From the NCBI GenBank assembly GCA_037190965.1, contig JBBCKI010000002.1, positions 64,001 through 128,000 on the forward strand: a DNA stretch of 64,000 bases. The letters run 5' to 3'. Both the position numbers and the translations under genes were made by a program. Below the pieces are notes generated by a model that saw only the letters and a list, made by a program, of their open reading frames with translations, had not been told where the DNA came from and made no database searches. Shown here in pieces: positions 31,173 to 41,368 of the stretch. Origin of the DNA: Chthoniobacteraceae bacterium (GTDB lineage: Bacteria > Verrucomicrobiota > Verrucomicrobiia > Chthoniobacterales > Chthoniobacteraceae). Numbering within the stretch: position 1 is the stretch's first letter; the number at the start of each line of letters is the position of its first letter.

Positions 31173-32383
31173 GCAGCGACCGTTTTCTTTGCGGCAAGAG
31201 CCTCGAGAATATGCGCTTCGAGCTTGGCCACAATCGCCTCCCAGGAATTCCGCCGCGCCAGCTCGATACCCCGCTCGATCGCGGGACGATTCGGTGCCTC
31301 CAGCGCGCGGCGGCAGGACTCCACAAACTCGTCGTGCGAACGGGCAATCGTCGCAACGTGACTGAATTGCGACACCACATCCTCAACGGCGGAAGATATC
31401 ACCGGCCTTCCGGTCGCCATATACTCAAGCGCCTTGGTCGGGTTAATGTATTCCGTGGCCTCATTGAGCGCGAACGGCATCAGGCAGACATCGAAACGCT
31501 TTGCATAGGCGGGCAACTGGCTGTAGTCCCTCCCGCCCAGCCAATGAATGTTGGGGCGTTGCGGCAAAGTAGCTTCATCCACCTTCGTCCTCGGGCCGAC
31601 GATGACCAGATGCCACGTCGGGTCTGCGTCGGCAAGGGCGGCAATCAGTTCATAGTCCATCCGTTCGTCCACGACGCCGAAGAAGCCCAGCACCGGGCCC
31701 TGCAGCGCGGCGATATCCGCGGGGATCTCCGTGGCCTCGTCGCGCGCTTTTGCAAAGTGCCGCACATCGACGCCGCACCCGAAGGCGTGGCAGTTGGAGT
31801 GATGCACCGACTTGGCTCGATGGATCTTGGGCCCGCCCGCGAAGACAACATCGGCCAACGCAAGCAGTTCCCGCTCCCGCCGCACCAGTTCAGGCGGCGC
31901 CCCGCGAAATTGGGAGAGCTGATCCATGCAATCATAAACGATCACGGCTTCGTTCATTCTCCCCGCAAACGCCTTTACGGCCATCGGATCGTAGAACCAT
32001 TGCACAGGATTGGCGAACTCGCGGGCGAGCGGCCCCGCCAGCATCTGCTGCACGAGCCTGCGCCGCTGCTTGTCGAGCCACGCGGCGTCGCGGGCCTGCT
32101 TCTCGGGAAAGCACGACTGGAGCACCATGATGTTCGGGTAGTCCGAAACATCGCGAAGGATTGAACGTGGGCCCTCCGCCGCATCGCCGATACGCGGCTC
32201 TTCGACAAATAATATCCGATGCCGCCGCGAGAGCCGCGACAAAAATTGCTGAGGTCTTTGCCAGACCCAATCCCACCCGAGATGCGAATGCACGATGATC
32301 GGGAAACCGAGGTTCTCCTCCGCAATCCGTACCCGGGCGGATCTCCGCCCGCCTTCGCCGTATTCGTCGGGATGCGTTCTCAT
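31169..32383 (-). CDS. GT-B fold glycosyltransferase (start moved to ATG 32383)
   Basis: SHLGWDWVWQRPQQ, VYDCMD, GFFGVVDERMD, INPTKALEYMATGRPVIS; GAGGAG Shine-Dalgarno just upstream; ATGA overlap with glf. Confidence 0.9.
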   Translation of the reverse strand: MRTHPDEYGEGGRRSARVRIAEENLGFPIIVHSHLGWDWVWQRPQQFLSRLSRRHRILFVEEPRIGDAAEGPRSILRDVSDYPNIMVLQSCFPEKQARDAAWLDKQRRRLVQQMLAGPLAREFANPVQWFYDPMAVKAFAGRMNEAVIVYDCMDQLSQFRGAPPELVRRERELLALADVVFAGGPKIHRAKSVHHSNCHAFGCGVDVRHFAKARDEATEIPADIAALQGPVLGFFGVVDERMDYELIAALADADPTWHLVIVGPRTKVDEATLPQRPNIHWLGGRDYSQLPAYAKRFDVCLMPFALNEATEYINPTKALEYMATGRPVISSAVEDVVSQFSHVATIARSHDEFVESCRRALEAPNRPAIERGIELARRNSWEAIVAKLEAHILEALAAKKTVAA

Positions 32384-32528
32384 ACTCCTCCGAATCGCCA
32401 ACCCTCTACGAGTTGGCCTTAGGGCTTTCCCCGTCGAATTCCCCACAGGTCGGCACCGCAACGATCTTGCAATCAGAGTGGGCCATAAGCCCACGCGCAA
32501 CCTGACACCCGAAACCGTCATAACGGTT

Positions 32529-35324
32529 ATGTCTCATCGATCCCATTACCCACGCCCCGAATATCCGCGCCCAGAGAAACAACGAGGGCTGATCGAGGGG
32601 GTGGACTGGATCAACCTCAACGGTCCCTGGCAATTCCGTTTCGACCCCGACCGGCGCGGCCTGCGGGAAAACTGGTTCAGAGAAGAGGCGGAAGAATGGC
32701 ATGAGCAGATTATCGTTCCGTTCTGCTGGGAATCGCTTGCGGCCTGGGGCCAGGGCAACGCTGCCAGCAACGAGAATTATTATTCCACGCGAATCTTTAT
32801 TAACCCGCTGGAAGTCACCCGCGCCAATCACCGCGTCGCCCGGCGCTTTGAAGTCGGATGGTATCGCCGCGAAATCAGGGTGCCGAAGGAGTGGCTCGAC
32901 TCGCGCCGGGTCATCCTTCACGTCGGTGCGGCGGACTTTTTTACGGACTGCTGGTGCAATGGCGTTGCCATGGGGCGACATGAGGGAGGCTATACCCCGT
33001 TTGAATTCGACATCACCGATGCGCTCAAAGACCAGAAGGGAGTCATCGTCTTTCGCGTGGAAGACCCGATGGACAACCACGAGCAACCCGTCGGCAAACA
33101 GTGGCAGTGGTACACCACGGTGAGCGGCATCTGGCAAACGATCTTCCTGGAACCGCGCACACCCGCCTATATCGAGCACTTCAACATTTCGACAGAAATC
33201 TCTACTGGTACGGTCGCCTTCGACATCGCGTGCAAAGAGACCGACGAGGGCGCGCCTCTCGAAATCGCCATCACCTCCCCCGACGGGGATCTGCATGAGG
33301 GAGATACCACGGTTAAGAACGGACGTGCTTTTTTCAAAACCACCATCTTTCCCGTGGAACTATGGGAGCCCGATACGCCTCACCTCTACCGGGTCGTCCT
33401 CCGGCTGCAAGGGAAGTCAAACAGCCCCAAGGACATCATCCGCACCTATTTCGGGATGCGCGAGATCACCACCGCGCCGACGGAACAGGAGGGAGCCCCC
33501 TCCGCGCTCTGCCTTAATAACCGGCCGATCTATCTTCGCGGAGCGCTGTATCAATCCTACTATCCGGATGGCGTCTACACAGCGGGAGACGCGCATACAC
33601 TGCGCGAGGATATCGCGGTTGCCAAAAAGGCGGGGTTCCAGTTTCTGCGCATCCATATCAAACTCGACGACCCGCTTTTCCTCTATTATGCGGACACGAT
33701 GGGCATTCTGCTCATGGAGGATTTCCCCAATTTTGGCGAAGGCGGCGACACTCCGCTCGGGCGCCGCCGCTTCGAAGAGATGATGCGCGAGGGCATCCAG
33801 CGCGATCGGAACCATCCCTCGCTCATCGCGTGGTGTCTCTTCAACGAAACCTGGGGGTTCGGCGGGCAGGTGGAACTCGTAAAACACTTCGGCCCCAACG
33901 CTCACGCCCTGCTCACGGAGAAAACCGCCGTGCGGATCGAGAACAGGAGCGCGCAGCAATGGGTGCAACAGATGTGGGAACTCGCCAAATCGCTTGACAG
34001 GACCAGGCTCGTCGAAGACATGAGCGTCGTCCACTGGGAACACCTCCATTACTACGCCCATGGCGACACCGACATCAACTCGTGGCATTTCTATATCGAC
34101 GATTACGAAAAGGCAAAAACGCACATCGACGGCGTCGTCACCCAGACTTACGCCGGCTCCAAATTCAACTATGAGGAGGGCTACGCCCAAGGCCATCAAC
34201 CGTTGTTCAACAGTGAATTCGGCGGCGTCGGCGCGCTCGACGGGGATCGCGATATATCATGGAGCTTCAAATTTCTCACCAACGAGCTACGGAAACACGG
34301 CAGCCTCTCTGCCTATATTTTCACGGAGTTGCATGATGTCGAATGGGAGTACAACGGTTTTCTCAACTATGACCGTACCGCCAAAGAATTCGGTTACGAT
34401 CCCAATATCATCAACCAGGGCGACGTCCTCCCCATCGACGCGCCTCCCATTCAGCAATGCCTCCCGGGTGAGAAAAAGAAAATCGAAGTCTATGCTTCGC
34501 ACTATTCCCGCCATCATCCGGCGAAGGTGACATTTCATTGGCGCTTGAGCGGCATCGACGCACTGGGCCGCGTCATCCAGGATCTGGACTCCGGCCGCAA
34601 ACAGATCCCTTTCCGACATCACCGCGTCGATCTGGCCGGGGTCGTTCAGTTTACCCTGCCCGATGAGATGATGCTCTGCACGCTCTGGGTCCACGCGATT
34701 GGTGACGACGGCGCGGTACTGGCAACCAACTATGTCCAGTTTTTCGTCACGCCCGGAGAGTCAATCCGAAGGGAAGAATGCCCGGGGCGGATCATTCTGC
34801 GGGCGCGCACCGCAGAGTGGACGCGAGCCGAATGGAGCGGCGATATTTGCGGGCGCGAAGAGGCGGCGAGGACGGGACGATGCTATGCTTTCGGCCACGG
34901 TTTCTTTGAATGGGAACTTCAGCTTTCCCGCGAAGAACTGGCCCGAACCACACGACTGCGCCTGCTTTGCGAAGCCTCCGCGCGACGGATCGATCATCCG
35001 CAAACCGATTCTCAACACTACCCGACCACCTTCGAAATCCTGGTCAACGGCGTCCGGGTTCACCACGCCATCCTGCCGGACCACCCGCATGACAGTCGTG
35101 GCGCGCTTTCATACCTGAACGGCGGCTATGGAGGATACGGCTATCTCGCCCAGATTCTTGCGGAAGGCGAGCTGCTTCAGGCCATTCGCGATCACGCCAC
35201 CGACGGAACCCTTCTTCTCCGTTGCGGCGTTCCGGCCGACGCGCGAGTGCAAGGGGGGCTCTCCATCTATGGCGCGAGGAGCGGGCGTTTCCCGACCAGT
35301 CTTACCGTAATTTCGGAGTGGTGA
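32529..35324 (+). CDS. Glycoside hydrolase family 2 (start moved to ATG 32529)
   Basis: YPRPEYPRP, WINLNGPWQF, HEGGYTPF, SGIWQTIFLE, LWEPDTPHLY, RNHPSLIAWCLFNETWG, SEFGG. Confidence 0.88.
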   Translation: MSHRSHYPRPEYPRPEKQRGLIEGVDWINLNGPWQFRFDPDRRGLRENWFREEAEEWHEQIIVPFCWESLAAWGQGNAASNENYYSTRIFINPLEVTRANHRVARRFEVGWYRREIRVPKEWLDSRRVILHVGAADFFTDCWCNGVAMGRHEGGYTPFEFDITDALKDQKGVIVFRVEDPMDNHEQPVGKQWQWYTTVSGIWQTIFLEPRTPAYIEHFNISTEISTGTVAFDIACKETDEGAPLEIAITSPDGDLHEGDTTVKNGRAFFKTTIFPVELWEPDTPHLYRVVLRLQGKSNSPKDIIRTYFGMREITTAPTEQEGAPSALCLNNRPIYLRGALYQSYYPDGVYTAGDAHTLREDIAVAKKAGFQFLRIHIKLDDPLFLYYADTMGILLMEDFPNFGEGGDTPLGRRRFEEMMREGIQRDRNHPSLIAWCLFNETWGFGGQVELVKHFGPNAHALLTEKTAVRIENRSAQQWVQQMWELAKSLDRTRLVEDMSVVHWEHLHYYAHGDTDINSWHFYIDDYEKAKTHIDGVVTQTYAGSKFNYEEGYAQGHQPLFNSEFGGVGALDGDRDISWSFKFLTNELRKHGSLSAYIFTELHDVEWEYNGFLNYDRTAKEFGYDPNIINQGDVLPIDAPPIQQCLPGEKKKIEVYASHYSRHHPAKVTFHWRLSGIDALGRVIQDLDSGRKQIPFRHHRVDLAGVVQFTLPDEMMLCTLWVHAIGDDGAVLATNYVQFFVTPGESIRREECPGRIILRARTAEWTRAEWSGDICGREEAARTGRCYAFGHGFFEWELQLSREELARTTRLRLLCEASARRIDHPQTDSQHYPTTFEILVNGVRVHHAILPDHPHDSRGALSYLNGGYGGYGYLAQILAEGELLQAIRDHATDGTLLLRCGVPADARVQGGLSIYGARSGRFPTSLTVISEW

Positions 35325-35359
35325 GCCTAAAAGTGACGAGCGATATTTCGCTATTTTCA

Positions 35360-35515
35360 GGTAGTCCGCTCTCGCCGAGAGCACGGGATCGATGAAGAGT
35401 CGCGTTTGACGCCCATCCCCTCAGGACGGGCTGCTGGGCACCAGGATGAGGCCCTCTTGAGGCCACGGAAGTTGGTACCCGCGCTCTACGGCGCGAGTGG
35501 GCTACCGGTGCTGCC
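35360..35515 (+). repeat. REPIN-like element family A, copy 3
   Basis: GGTAGTCCGCTCTCGCCGAGAGC...CGCGCTCTACGGCGCGAGTGGGCTACCGGTGCTGCC. Confidence 0.85.
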
Positions 35516-35526
35516 GCTCCTTGCCG

Positions 35527-36375
35527 CTATCCCACCCCGAACCTCAAGGAGTTTCCCTCATCCAGATCGTCCGGAGGAGCGGAATCGGGCATATCGTCGT
35601 TCGACGGATCAACAGGAGGATCCATCGGGAGTAATTCCGGCTGGGAAAGCACTTGTTCCCCGATGAAGAGTTCGCCCACGAAGACGCCTCCCTTTTCGAC
35701 GACGATCCCTCGGGCGACGACCGATCCCTCCAGCCACCCTTTCTTTTCCACGGTGACGGTCCCGTCCACTTGCAGGCGGGCCGCCAACTTTCCTTTGATC
35801 GTGACCGACTTCGCCTTGAGAGGCCGAATCGCCTCCACGTCGGCTCGTTTTTCCACGGTCAACTGCTTCGTGTCCACAGACCCGAGCAGCTTTCCTTTCA
35901 GTTTGATACTGGTCTCGCCCGTACAGAGGAGGTTGCCACGGATCTTGCCTTCGATGTACGCCTCGCGGCAGGAGACCTTGGCACTGGTGACATCTCCCTT
36001 GGAGGTGACGTGCAGTTTACCCTGGGTCTCAATGGTGCGATTGAGCGACTCTTTGATTTTGAAGTCGCTCAGGTCGATATACACCCCGCAATGAGGGCAC
36101 GAACTCGATTTGGCCGAATTATTGACGATCTGCGTTCCCGCGCAATGGAAGCAGGTGATCTCCCATTCCCGATGGCGGGAGAAAATAGTGCCAAGCCGCG
36201 CGAGAAGCGACGGTGCGGCATCGCGCGGCTTGGCGAGAGGCTTTCCGATGTCCCAGTGCTCACTGCACTTCCGGCAAAACGTGCTCTTGGCAAACGGAGA
36301 CTCAAGTTGCTTGAAGCCGCAATGCGGACATTCTACGGCAACTTTGCTGGTAGTTTGTGGAGCCTTTCCGGACAC
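35527..36375 (-). CDS. Bactofilin (polymer-forming cytoskeletal) protein with two N-terminal zinc ribbons
   Basis: CPHC/CRKC/CFHC/CPHC followed by beta-helix repeats ending IVVEKGGVFVG; acidic tail. Confidence 0.8.
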   Translation of the reverse strand: MSGKAPQTTSKVAVECPHCGFKQLESPFAKSTFCRKCSEHWDIGKPLAKPRDAAPSLLARLGTIFSRHREWEITCFHCAGTQIVNNSAKSSSCPHCGVYIDLSDFKIKESLNRTIETQGKLHVTSKGDVTSAKVSCREAYIEGKIRGNLLCTGETSIKLKGKLLGSVDTKQLTVEKRADVEAIRPLKAKSVTIKGKLAARLQVDGTVTVEKKGWLEGSVVARGIVVEKGGVFVGELFIGEQVLSQPELLPMDPPVDPSNDDMPDSAPPDDLDEGNSLRFGVG

Positions 36376-36427
36376 GTAAGCGCCTGTTAATCAGCGGAAT
36401 TGAGCGAACCTCGAACGATTGGCGATC

Positions 36428-36841
36428 TTAGCGCCCGGTGTTCACTGCGGCCTTCTGAAGCTCCGGGGTGCGGAGAATCTCGGGCTGCTTCATGGCAACG
36501 CGGTTCGGGGTCACTTCGGACTTACCGACGAAGGTGGCGCCTTCCTCGATCACGAGGCGGGCTGCCTTGAGATCGCCGATCAACTGAGCGCGCCCTTTGA
36601 GCTCGCAACGCTCTTCCACGGTGATGTTCCCCTGCACTTTGCCGTGCACGGTGACGGATTTGGTCTTGATCTCGCCGCGAACCTCGGCGTTTTCGCCGAC
36701 GATCAGGACGCCGGGAGAAAGGATCTCGCCCTCAACCTTGCCGTCGATGGTCAGGTCGTTCTGAAACTTGATCGATCCTTTGATTTCGACGTCGGAGGAG
36801 AGGTTATTACGGGTGGATGTGGTGGGATTGAGTTCAGCCAT
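36428..36841 (-). CDS. Bactofilin (CcmA family)
   Basis: VEIKGSIKFQNDLTIDGKVEGEI...VHGKVQGNI...GDLKAARLVIEEGATFVG. Confidence 0.92.
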   Translation of the reverse strand: MAELNPTTSTRNNLSSDVEIKGSIKFQNDLTIDGKVEGEILSPGVLIVGENAEVRGEIKTKSVTVHGKVQGNITVEERCELKGRAQLIGDLKAARLVIEEGATFVGKSEVTPNRVAMKQPEILRTPELQKAAVNTGR

Positions 36842-37116
36842 AGGATTTCTAGTTTTTGTAAAGACGAAGCGATGCCGCCGCGAGTTTTATTGAGGATAAG
36901 GTACGTTTTTCCCGCTTGAACGGGCAAATTTTCAGCCAATTTTGGAGGTTCGGGGGAATGGCAAACTTTCGGGGAAGACCGAAAGGCCGGTGTGACTATC
37001 GAGTTTGCAAAAACCGATGTCAACCCGGGTTTCCCCAAGGGCGAAAAAAGGCGCCTGGCAAGGCATGCATAACACCCCCGGTGGATAATCAATCGCAAAA
37101 AAACCGGGGTTGCCCG

Positions 37117-38529
37117 TTACGCCAATTCTTCCGCCGGATACGTCCAGATTTCGCTCAACGTCGGGTGATAATGAGGGACGTCGAGGAGATCCCGCGCTGT
37201 TGCCCGGAAGCGCATGGCGACCACGATCTCGTGGATCAATTCGGAAGCGTGCGGCCCGATGACCGCCGCTCCGACGATCTCCTTGGTTTCATCGGAAGTA
37301 AGCAGCTTCACGAATCCATCGGTCTCCCCGGCGATCATCGACTTGCCGTGATCATCGAACGCGTAGCTTGCGACATTGTAACACACTGAGGATGCTTGAA
37401 GCTCCTGCTCTGTCATCCCGACCATCGCCACCTCCGGGGAGCTGAAAACGGCAAAAAGCCGGAGCCGGTAATTGATTTCTTCCAGCGCGGACGGCATCGC
37501 CTTGCCGCCGCGGCTCTTCAGGAGTCGCGCGGCGTTCCGGGCAGCCAATTCGGCTTGCTGAATGGCGATATGCACGACCTCATAAGGCCCCGACACGTCG
37601 CCTGCCGCGAAAATGTGAGGCACGCAGGTCTGCTGGGTCGGTTCGACATGGATCCGTCCGTGAGTCGCTTCCAGGCCGGCGTTCGCCAGGTTCAATCCTT
37701 CCGTGTGCGGCTCCCGGCCCAGCGCGCAGATGATCTCTTCGGCCTCAACCGAGCGGTTCTTCCCGGATTGCTCAAAATGAACCCGTTTGGCCCCCGTTTC
37801 CGTTCGTTCCACCTTTTGAAGGCGAGTGTGGCAGTAGACCCGCATCCCGCGTTTGCGGTAAGCATTCTCCAGAGCGCAGCTGATGTCGCCATCCATCTCC
37901 TTCAAAAGCTGTGGGCTCCGCTGGATGACGGTGACTTCCGTGCCGAGCGCGGCGTAAAAATGGGAGAATTCCATGGCCGTTGCACCGCCGCCGAGGATGA
38001 TGACGGAGCGCGGGATGTGCGTCATCTCCAGCACCTTGTCGCTGTTCCAGAACCCCACTTCCGCCAGGCCGGGAACTTCCACACACTTGAAGCGGGAACC
38101 GGTGGCCAGAAGGAATGTCTCGGCGGAAATCGACTTTTTCGTTCCGTCGGGCAGAGAAATCTCGATGGTATGGGGATCAGTAAACGCAGCCCACCCCCTA
38201 TGGAGATCAAACCGGCCGCTGGCAAGCTGCTTGGCCCGGTAGTCGGCAAACTCCTGCACCAACCGCTCTTTGCGGGCGCGGATCTCGGCGCAGGCAAAGC
38301 TGATCTCACCGGCGATCAGACCAAAATCTCCGGCCCGTCGGAGGGTCATGTAGCGGTTGGCCGACTCCAGCAGTGCCTTGCTGGGCATGCATCCGCGCAG
38401 GATGCAAAGGCCGCCCAGCTCGTCGCTGCCTTCCACAACCGCGACCCGCAAGCCAAGCTGGCATGCCGCCGCCGCGCCGTTGTAACCGGCGCTCCCGCCA
38501 CCGAGGATGATCAGATCGTAATCCTTCAT
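37117..38529 (-). CDS. Pyridine nucleotide-disulfide oxidoreductase (dihydrolipoamide dehydrogenase-like)
   Basis: GGGSAG, GGLCILRGCMPSK, FAAGDV, C-terminal HPTLSE. Confidence 0.88.
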   Translation of the reverse strand: MKDYDLIILGGGSAGYNGAAAACQLGLRVAVVEGSDELGGLCILRGCMPSKALLESANRYMTLRRAGDFGLIAGEISFACAEIRARKERLVQEFADYRAKQLASGRFDLHRGWAAFTDPHTIEISLPDGTKKSISAETFLLATGSRFKCVEVPGLAEVGFWNSDKVLEMTHIPRSVIILGGGATAMEFSHFYAALGTEVTVIQRSPQLLKEMDGDISCALENAYRKRGMRVYCHTRLQKVERTETGAKRVHFEQSGKNRSVEAEEIICALGREPHTEGLNLANAGLEATHGRIHVEPTQQTCVPHIFAAGDVSGPYEVVHIAIQQAELAARNAARLLKSRGGKAMPSALEEINYRLRLFAVFSSPEVAMVGMTEQELQASSVCYNVASYAFDDHGKSMIAGETDGFVKLLTSDETKEIVGAAVIGPHASELIHEIVVAMRFRATARDLLDVPHYHPTLSEIWTYPAEELA

Positions 38530-38593
38530 AAGATAGAAATCGCGCCCTCCGCATTGGCGAGCGCGATCAAAGCCTAGAAGGATTCGGCCCCGG

Positions 38594-39157
38594 CTACAAA
38601 CTCAGAAAATTCGCAAGCAGCCGTTTTCCTTCGATCGTCAGGATCGATTCCGGATGAAACTGCACACCGTGGATTGGAAACTCGCGGTGCCGCAGCCCCA
38701 TGATCTCCCCCTCGGCAGTTTCCGCCGTAATTTCCAAAACGGCGGGAAAGGTGTCGCGCTTGACGAGCAGCGAGTGGTAGCGGGTTGCCGCAAACGGGTT
38801 CGGCAACCCGGCAAAGATCCCCTTTCCGTCATGATGGATCGGCGAGGTCTTCCCGTGCATGAGCCGCCCGGCCCGCACGACGTCCCCTCCGAACACCTGA
38901 CCGATGCACTGATGCCCCAGGCAGACACCAAGCAGCGGGAGATGCGGCCCGAAACGGCGAATCACCTCATTGCTTATCCCCGCCTCATTGGGCGTGCAGG
39001 GGCCGGGAGAGATGCAAATCCGCGCCGGTTTGAGCTCCGCGATGGCGTCCGGAGTAATTTCGTCATTGCGGCGCACCACCATCTCCGCGCCGAGTTCGCC
39101 GAAATACTGCACCAGATTGTAGGTAAACGAGTCGTAATTATCGATGACAAGAAGCAT
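38594..39157 (-). CDS. trpG: Anthranilate synthase component II (glutamine amidotransferase; start moved to ATG 39157)
   Basis: [40 protein letters not shown]; follows trpE. Confidence 0.93.
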   Translation of the reverse strand: MLLVIDNYDSFTYNLVQYFGELGAEMVVRRNDEITPDAIAELKPARICISPGPCTPNEAGISNEVIRRFGPHLPLLGVCLGHQCIGQVFGGDVVRAGRLMHGKTSPIHHDGKGIFAGLPNPFAATRYHSLLVKRDTFPAVLEITAETAEGEIMGLRHREFPIHGVQFHPESILTIEGKRLLANFLSL

Positions 39158-39171
39158 GGCGTTTATCCTTT

Positions 39172-40710
39172 CTAGTGGCGGTGAAGATGAGAGTGAGGGT
39201 GTGGCGATCCGGCACGTTTCGCGTGCTCGATGGCGCGCATCATTCCCATCGCCTTGTTGACCGTCTCCTGATATTCGCCCTCGGGCGTGGAATCGGCAAC
39301 GACCCCCGCCCCTGCCTGCACGTAAGCCTTCCCGTCCTTCAGAACCACGGAGCGCAGGGTGATGCACGAATCGTGGTTTCCATCGAACCCGAAGTAACCG
39401 ACCGCACCCGCGTAGGTTCCGCGCCGGTTCTTTTCAAGCTGGTTGATGATCTGCATGGCCCGCACCTTGGGCGAGCCTGAGACTGTCCCCGCCGGGAACG
39501 TCGCCCGGAGTACATCGTAGGCATTGCTCCCCTCGCGCAACTTTCCAACGACGTTGGAAACGATGTGCATGACGTGGCTGTACCGCTCGATCGTCATGAA
39601 ATCGGTCACGGTAATGCTCCCGAAATCGGCGATCCTGCCGACATCGTTGCGAGCGAGATCGACCAGCATCAGGTGTTCCGCGCGTTCCTTGGGGTCGGCC
39701 AGAAGATCGGCGGCGTTGGCGTCGTCTTCCTCCGGGGTTTCCCCTCGCCTGCGAGTCCCGGCGATGGGCCGGATCGTGATGTTCCCGTCAACGGCGCGGA
39801 CATGGACTTCCGGCGAACTCCCGACCAGCGAGAACTTCCCGCCAAATTTAAGGCAGAAGAGGTAGGGCGATGGGTTGATGAAGCGCAACGCCCGGTAGAG
39901 CTGGAGCGCGTCGCCGTCGTAATCGGCCTCGAACCGCTGGGAGAGCACCACCTGAAAGATGTCCCCGGAATGAATGAACTCGTGCGCCTTCTTGACCATC
40001 CCGTGAAACTCCTCGCGCGAGGTGTTGCTGCGGGGCGCTTCGTCCGGAGCTTTTGAGGCATCGCGATGCACGTTGATCTGAGGGAGCAACGCCGGGCGGG
40101 CCAGCCGTTCCAGCAATGCCTCGATTTTCTCGCAGGCGATGTCGTAGGCGGTGCCGGGATCACCCTCCACCAGCGCGTTGGAAAGAATCCGGATCCGGCG
40201 CAGGCGATGATCGAAAATCAGGACGGTGTCCGTGATCATGAAGACCATATCGGGCACGCCGACCTCTCCGGGAGGCAGCGCGCCGATGCTCGGCTCAAAG
40301 AAGCGGACCATATCATAAGACATGTAGCCGACCGCGCCCCCGGCAAACGGAGGCAGCCCCGGCAGCGGTACAGGACGGAACCGGGACATCAGCTTCTGGA
40401 GCTCCTGCAACGGCTCGGCCTCGGTCTGGAACTCGCGCGTCTCCCCTTTTTCGGTGATGCGGATGGTCCGTCCCGTCGCTTCGAACAGAACGCGGGGATC
40501 GCTCCCCACAAACGAGTAGCGCCCTCCCTGTTCGCTGTTCTCCGCCGACTCCAGCAGGAAGGCGTAGCCGTCGCCGCTGTCGAGCTTCCGGAACGCGGAA
40601 ACCGGGGTCTCCGCGTCGGCGATCAGCTCCGTGCTGACCGGAATGAGATTGCCGTGCGCCGCGAGCTCACAAAACTGCTCGCGCGTCGGCTGGATCAAAT
40701 GTTTTGTCAT
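39172..40710 (-). CDS. trpE: Anthranilate synthase component I
   Basis: [66 protein letters not shown]. Confidence 0.95.
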   Translation of the reverse strand: MTKHLIQPTREQFCELAAHGNLIPVSTELIADAETPVSAFRKLDSGDGYAFLLESAENSEQGGRYSFVGSDPRVLFEATGRTIRITEKGETREFQTEAEPLQELQKLMSRFRPVPLPGLPPFAGGAVGYMSYDMVRFFEPSIGALPPGEVGVPDMVFMITDTVLIFDHRLRRIRILSNALVEGDPGTAYDIACEKIEALLERLARPALLPQINVHRDASKAPDEAPRSNTSREEFHGMVKKAHEFIHSGDIFQVVLSQRFEADYDGDALQLYRALRFINPSPYLFCLKFGGKFSLVGSSPEVHVRAVDGNITIRPIAGTRRRGETPEEDDANAADLLADPKERAEHLMLVDLARNDVGRIADFGSITVTDFMTIERYSHVMHIVSNVVGKLREGSNAYDVLRATFPAGTVSGSPKVRAMQIINQLEKNRRGTYAGAVGYFGFDGNHDSCITLRSVVLKDGKAYVQAGAGVVADSTPEGEYQETVNKAMGMMRAIEHAKRAGSPHPHSHLHRH

Positions 40711-41096
40711 TTGGAATAAGTCTTTTCGGGATCGAAAACTCTTGGCTCCTCAATCGACTCGGGCGATCCGTCCCGCGTCAGGGCCTGGAAAAAGCAGGAG
40801 GAATATCCGGTGTGGCACGCGCCCCCCTCCTGATCGACTTCAAAGAGCAGCGTGTCGGCGTCGCAATCGACATACCATCGCAGCACCCGCTGGGTGTGCC
40901 CGCTCGTCTCCCCCTTCAGCCAGAGCTTCTGGCGGGATCGGCTCCAGTAATGCATGAACCCTGTCTCCAGCGTTTTCTCGATGGAAAGACGGTTCATCCA
41001 CGCCATCATCATCACGCGGCCGGCGTTCGGCTTGCCGTTCTGGGTTTGCTGCACAATGGCTGGGATAAGTCCGTCGGAGTTGAATTTGAAGTTCAT
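40707..41096 (-). CDS. hisI: Phosphoribosyl-AMP cyclohydrolase (start moved to ATG 41096)
   Basis: DGLIPAIVQ, YWSRSRQKLWLKGETSGH, DCDADTLL, ACHTGYSSCF; ATGA overlap with trpE. Confidence 0.95.
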   Translation of the reverse strand: MNFKFNSDGLIPAIVQQTQNGKPNAGRVMMMAWMNRLSIEKTLETGFMHYWSRSRQKLWLKGETSGHTQRVLRWYVDCDADTLLFEVDQEGGACHTGYSSCFFQALTRDGSPESIEEPRVFDPEKTYSK

Positions 41097-41112
41097 GAAG
41101 CAGTGATTTCGG

Positions 41113-41154
41113 AAAAACAAAAAACCCGACGATTCGGTCATTTGAATCATCGGG
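41113..41154 (-). terminator. Attenuator terminator in the hisI-trpE-trpG leader
   Basis: mRNA CCCGAUGAUUC-AAAUGACC-GAAUCGUCGGG-UUUUUUGUUUUU: an 11-bp stem whose single irregular pair is a U-G wobble on the minus strand; ends 16 nt before the hisI ATG. Confidence 0.88.
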
Positions 41155-41231
41155 CGAAAAGTGCGACGCAAGGCGCGACGACTGGGTTAAGCCTGGGAGG
41201 TCGAAAATTCCCCGGCAAAACCGCAAGCCCT

Positions 41232-41264
41232 TCAGCGATGCCACCAATGCAGGATGCGTCTCAC
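41232..41264 (-). CDS. trpL: Attenuator leader peptide MRRILHWWHR
   Basis: GTG AGA CGC ATC CTG CAT TGG TGG CAT CGC TGA; tandem Trp codons flanked by His codons, 77 nt upstream of the terminator hairpin. Confidence 0.8.
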   Translation of the reverse strand: MRRILHWWHR

Positions 41265-41368
41265 GAGGGATTGCCTACACCGCCCCGGGAAATGTGGCAA
41301 GCGGAAATCGCTTGGCTGGCGTGAACCGGGTCATAGCGGGCAAGTGACAAAAGAAAGGAAAATGGTGC

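Noticed and set aside
36920..37010. GGCAAA...GAAA...GTTTGC resembling a c-di-GMP-I riboswitch
   Set aside because: It is on the strand opposite the downstream bactofilin genes and the element order does not fit the consensus; an Infernal search would settle it.
37117..38529. Mercuric reductase merA
   Set aside because: No C-terminal Cys-Cys pair, no N-terminal metal-binding domain and no mer genes nearby.
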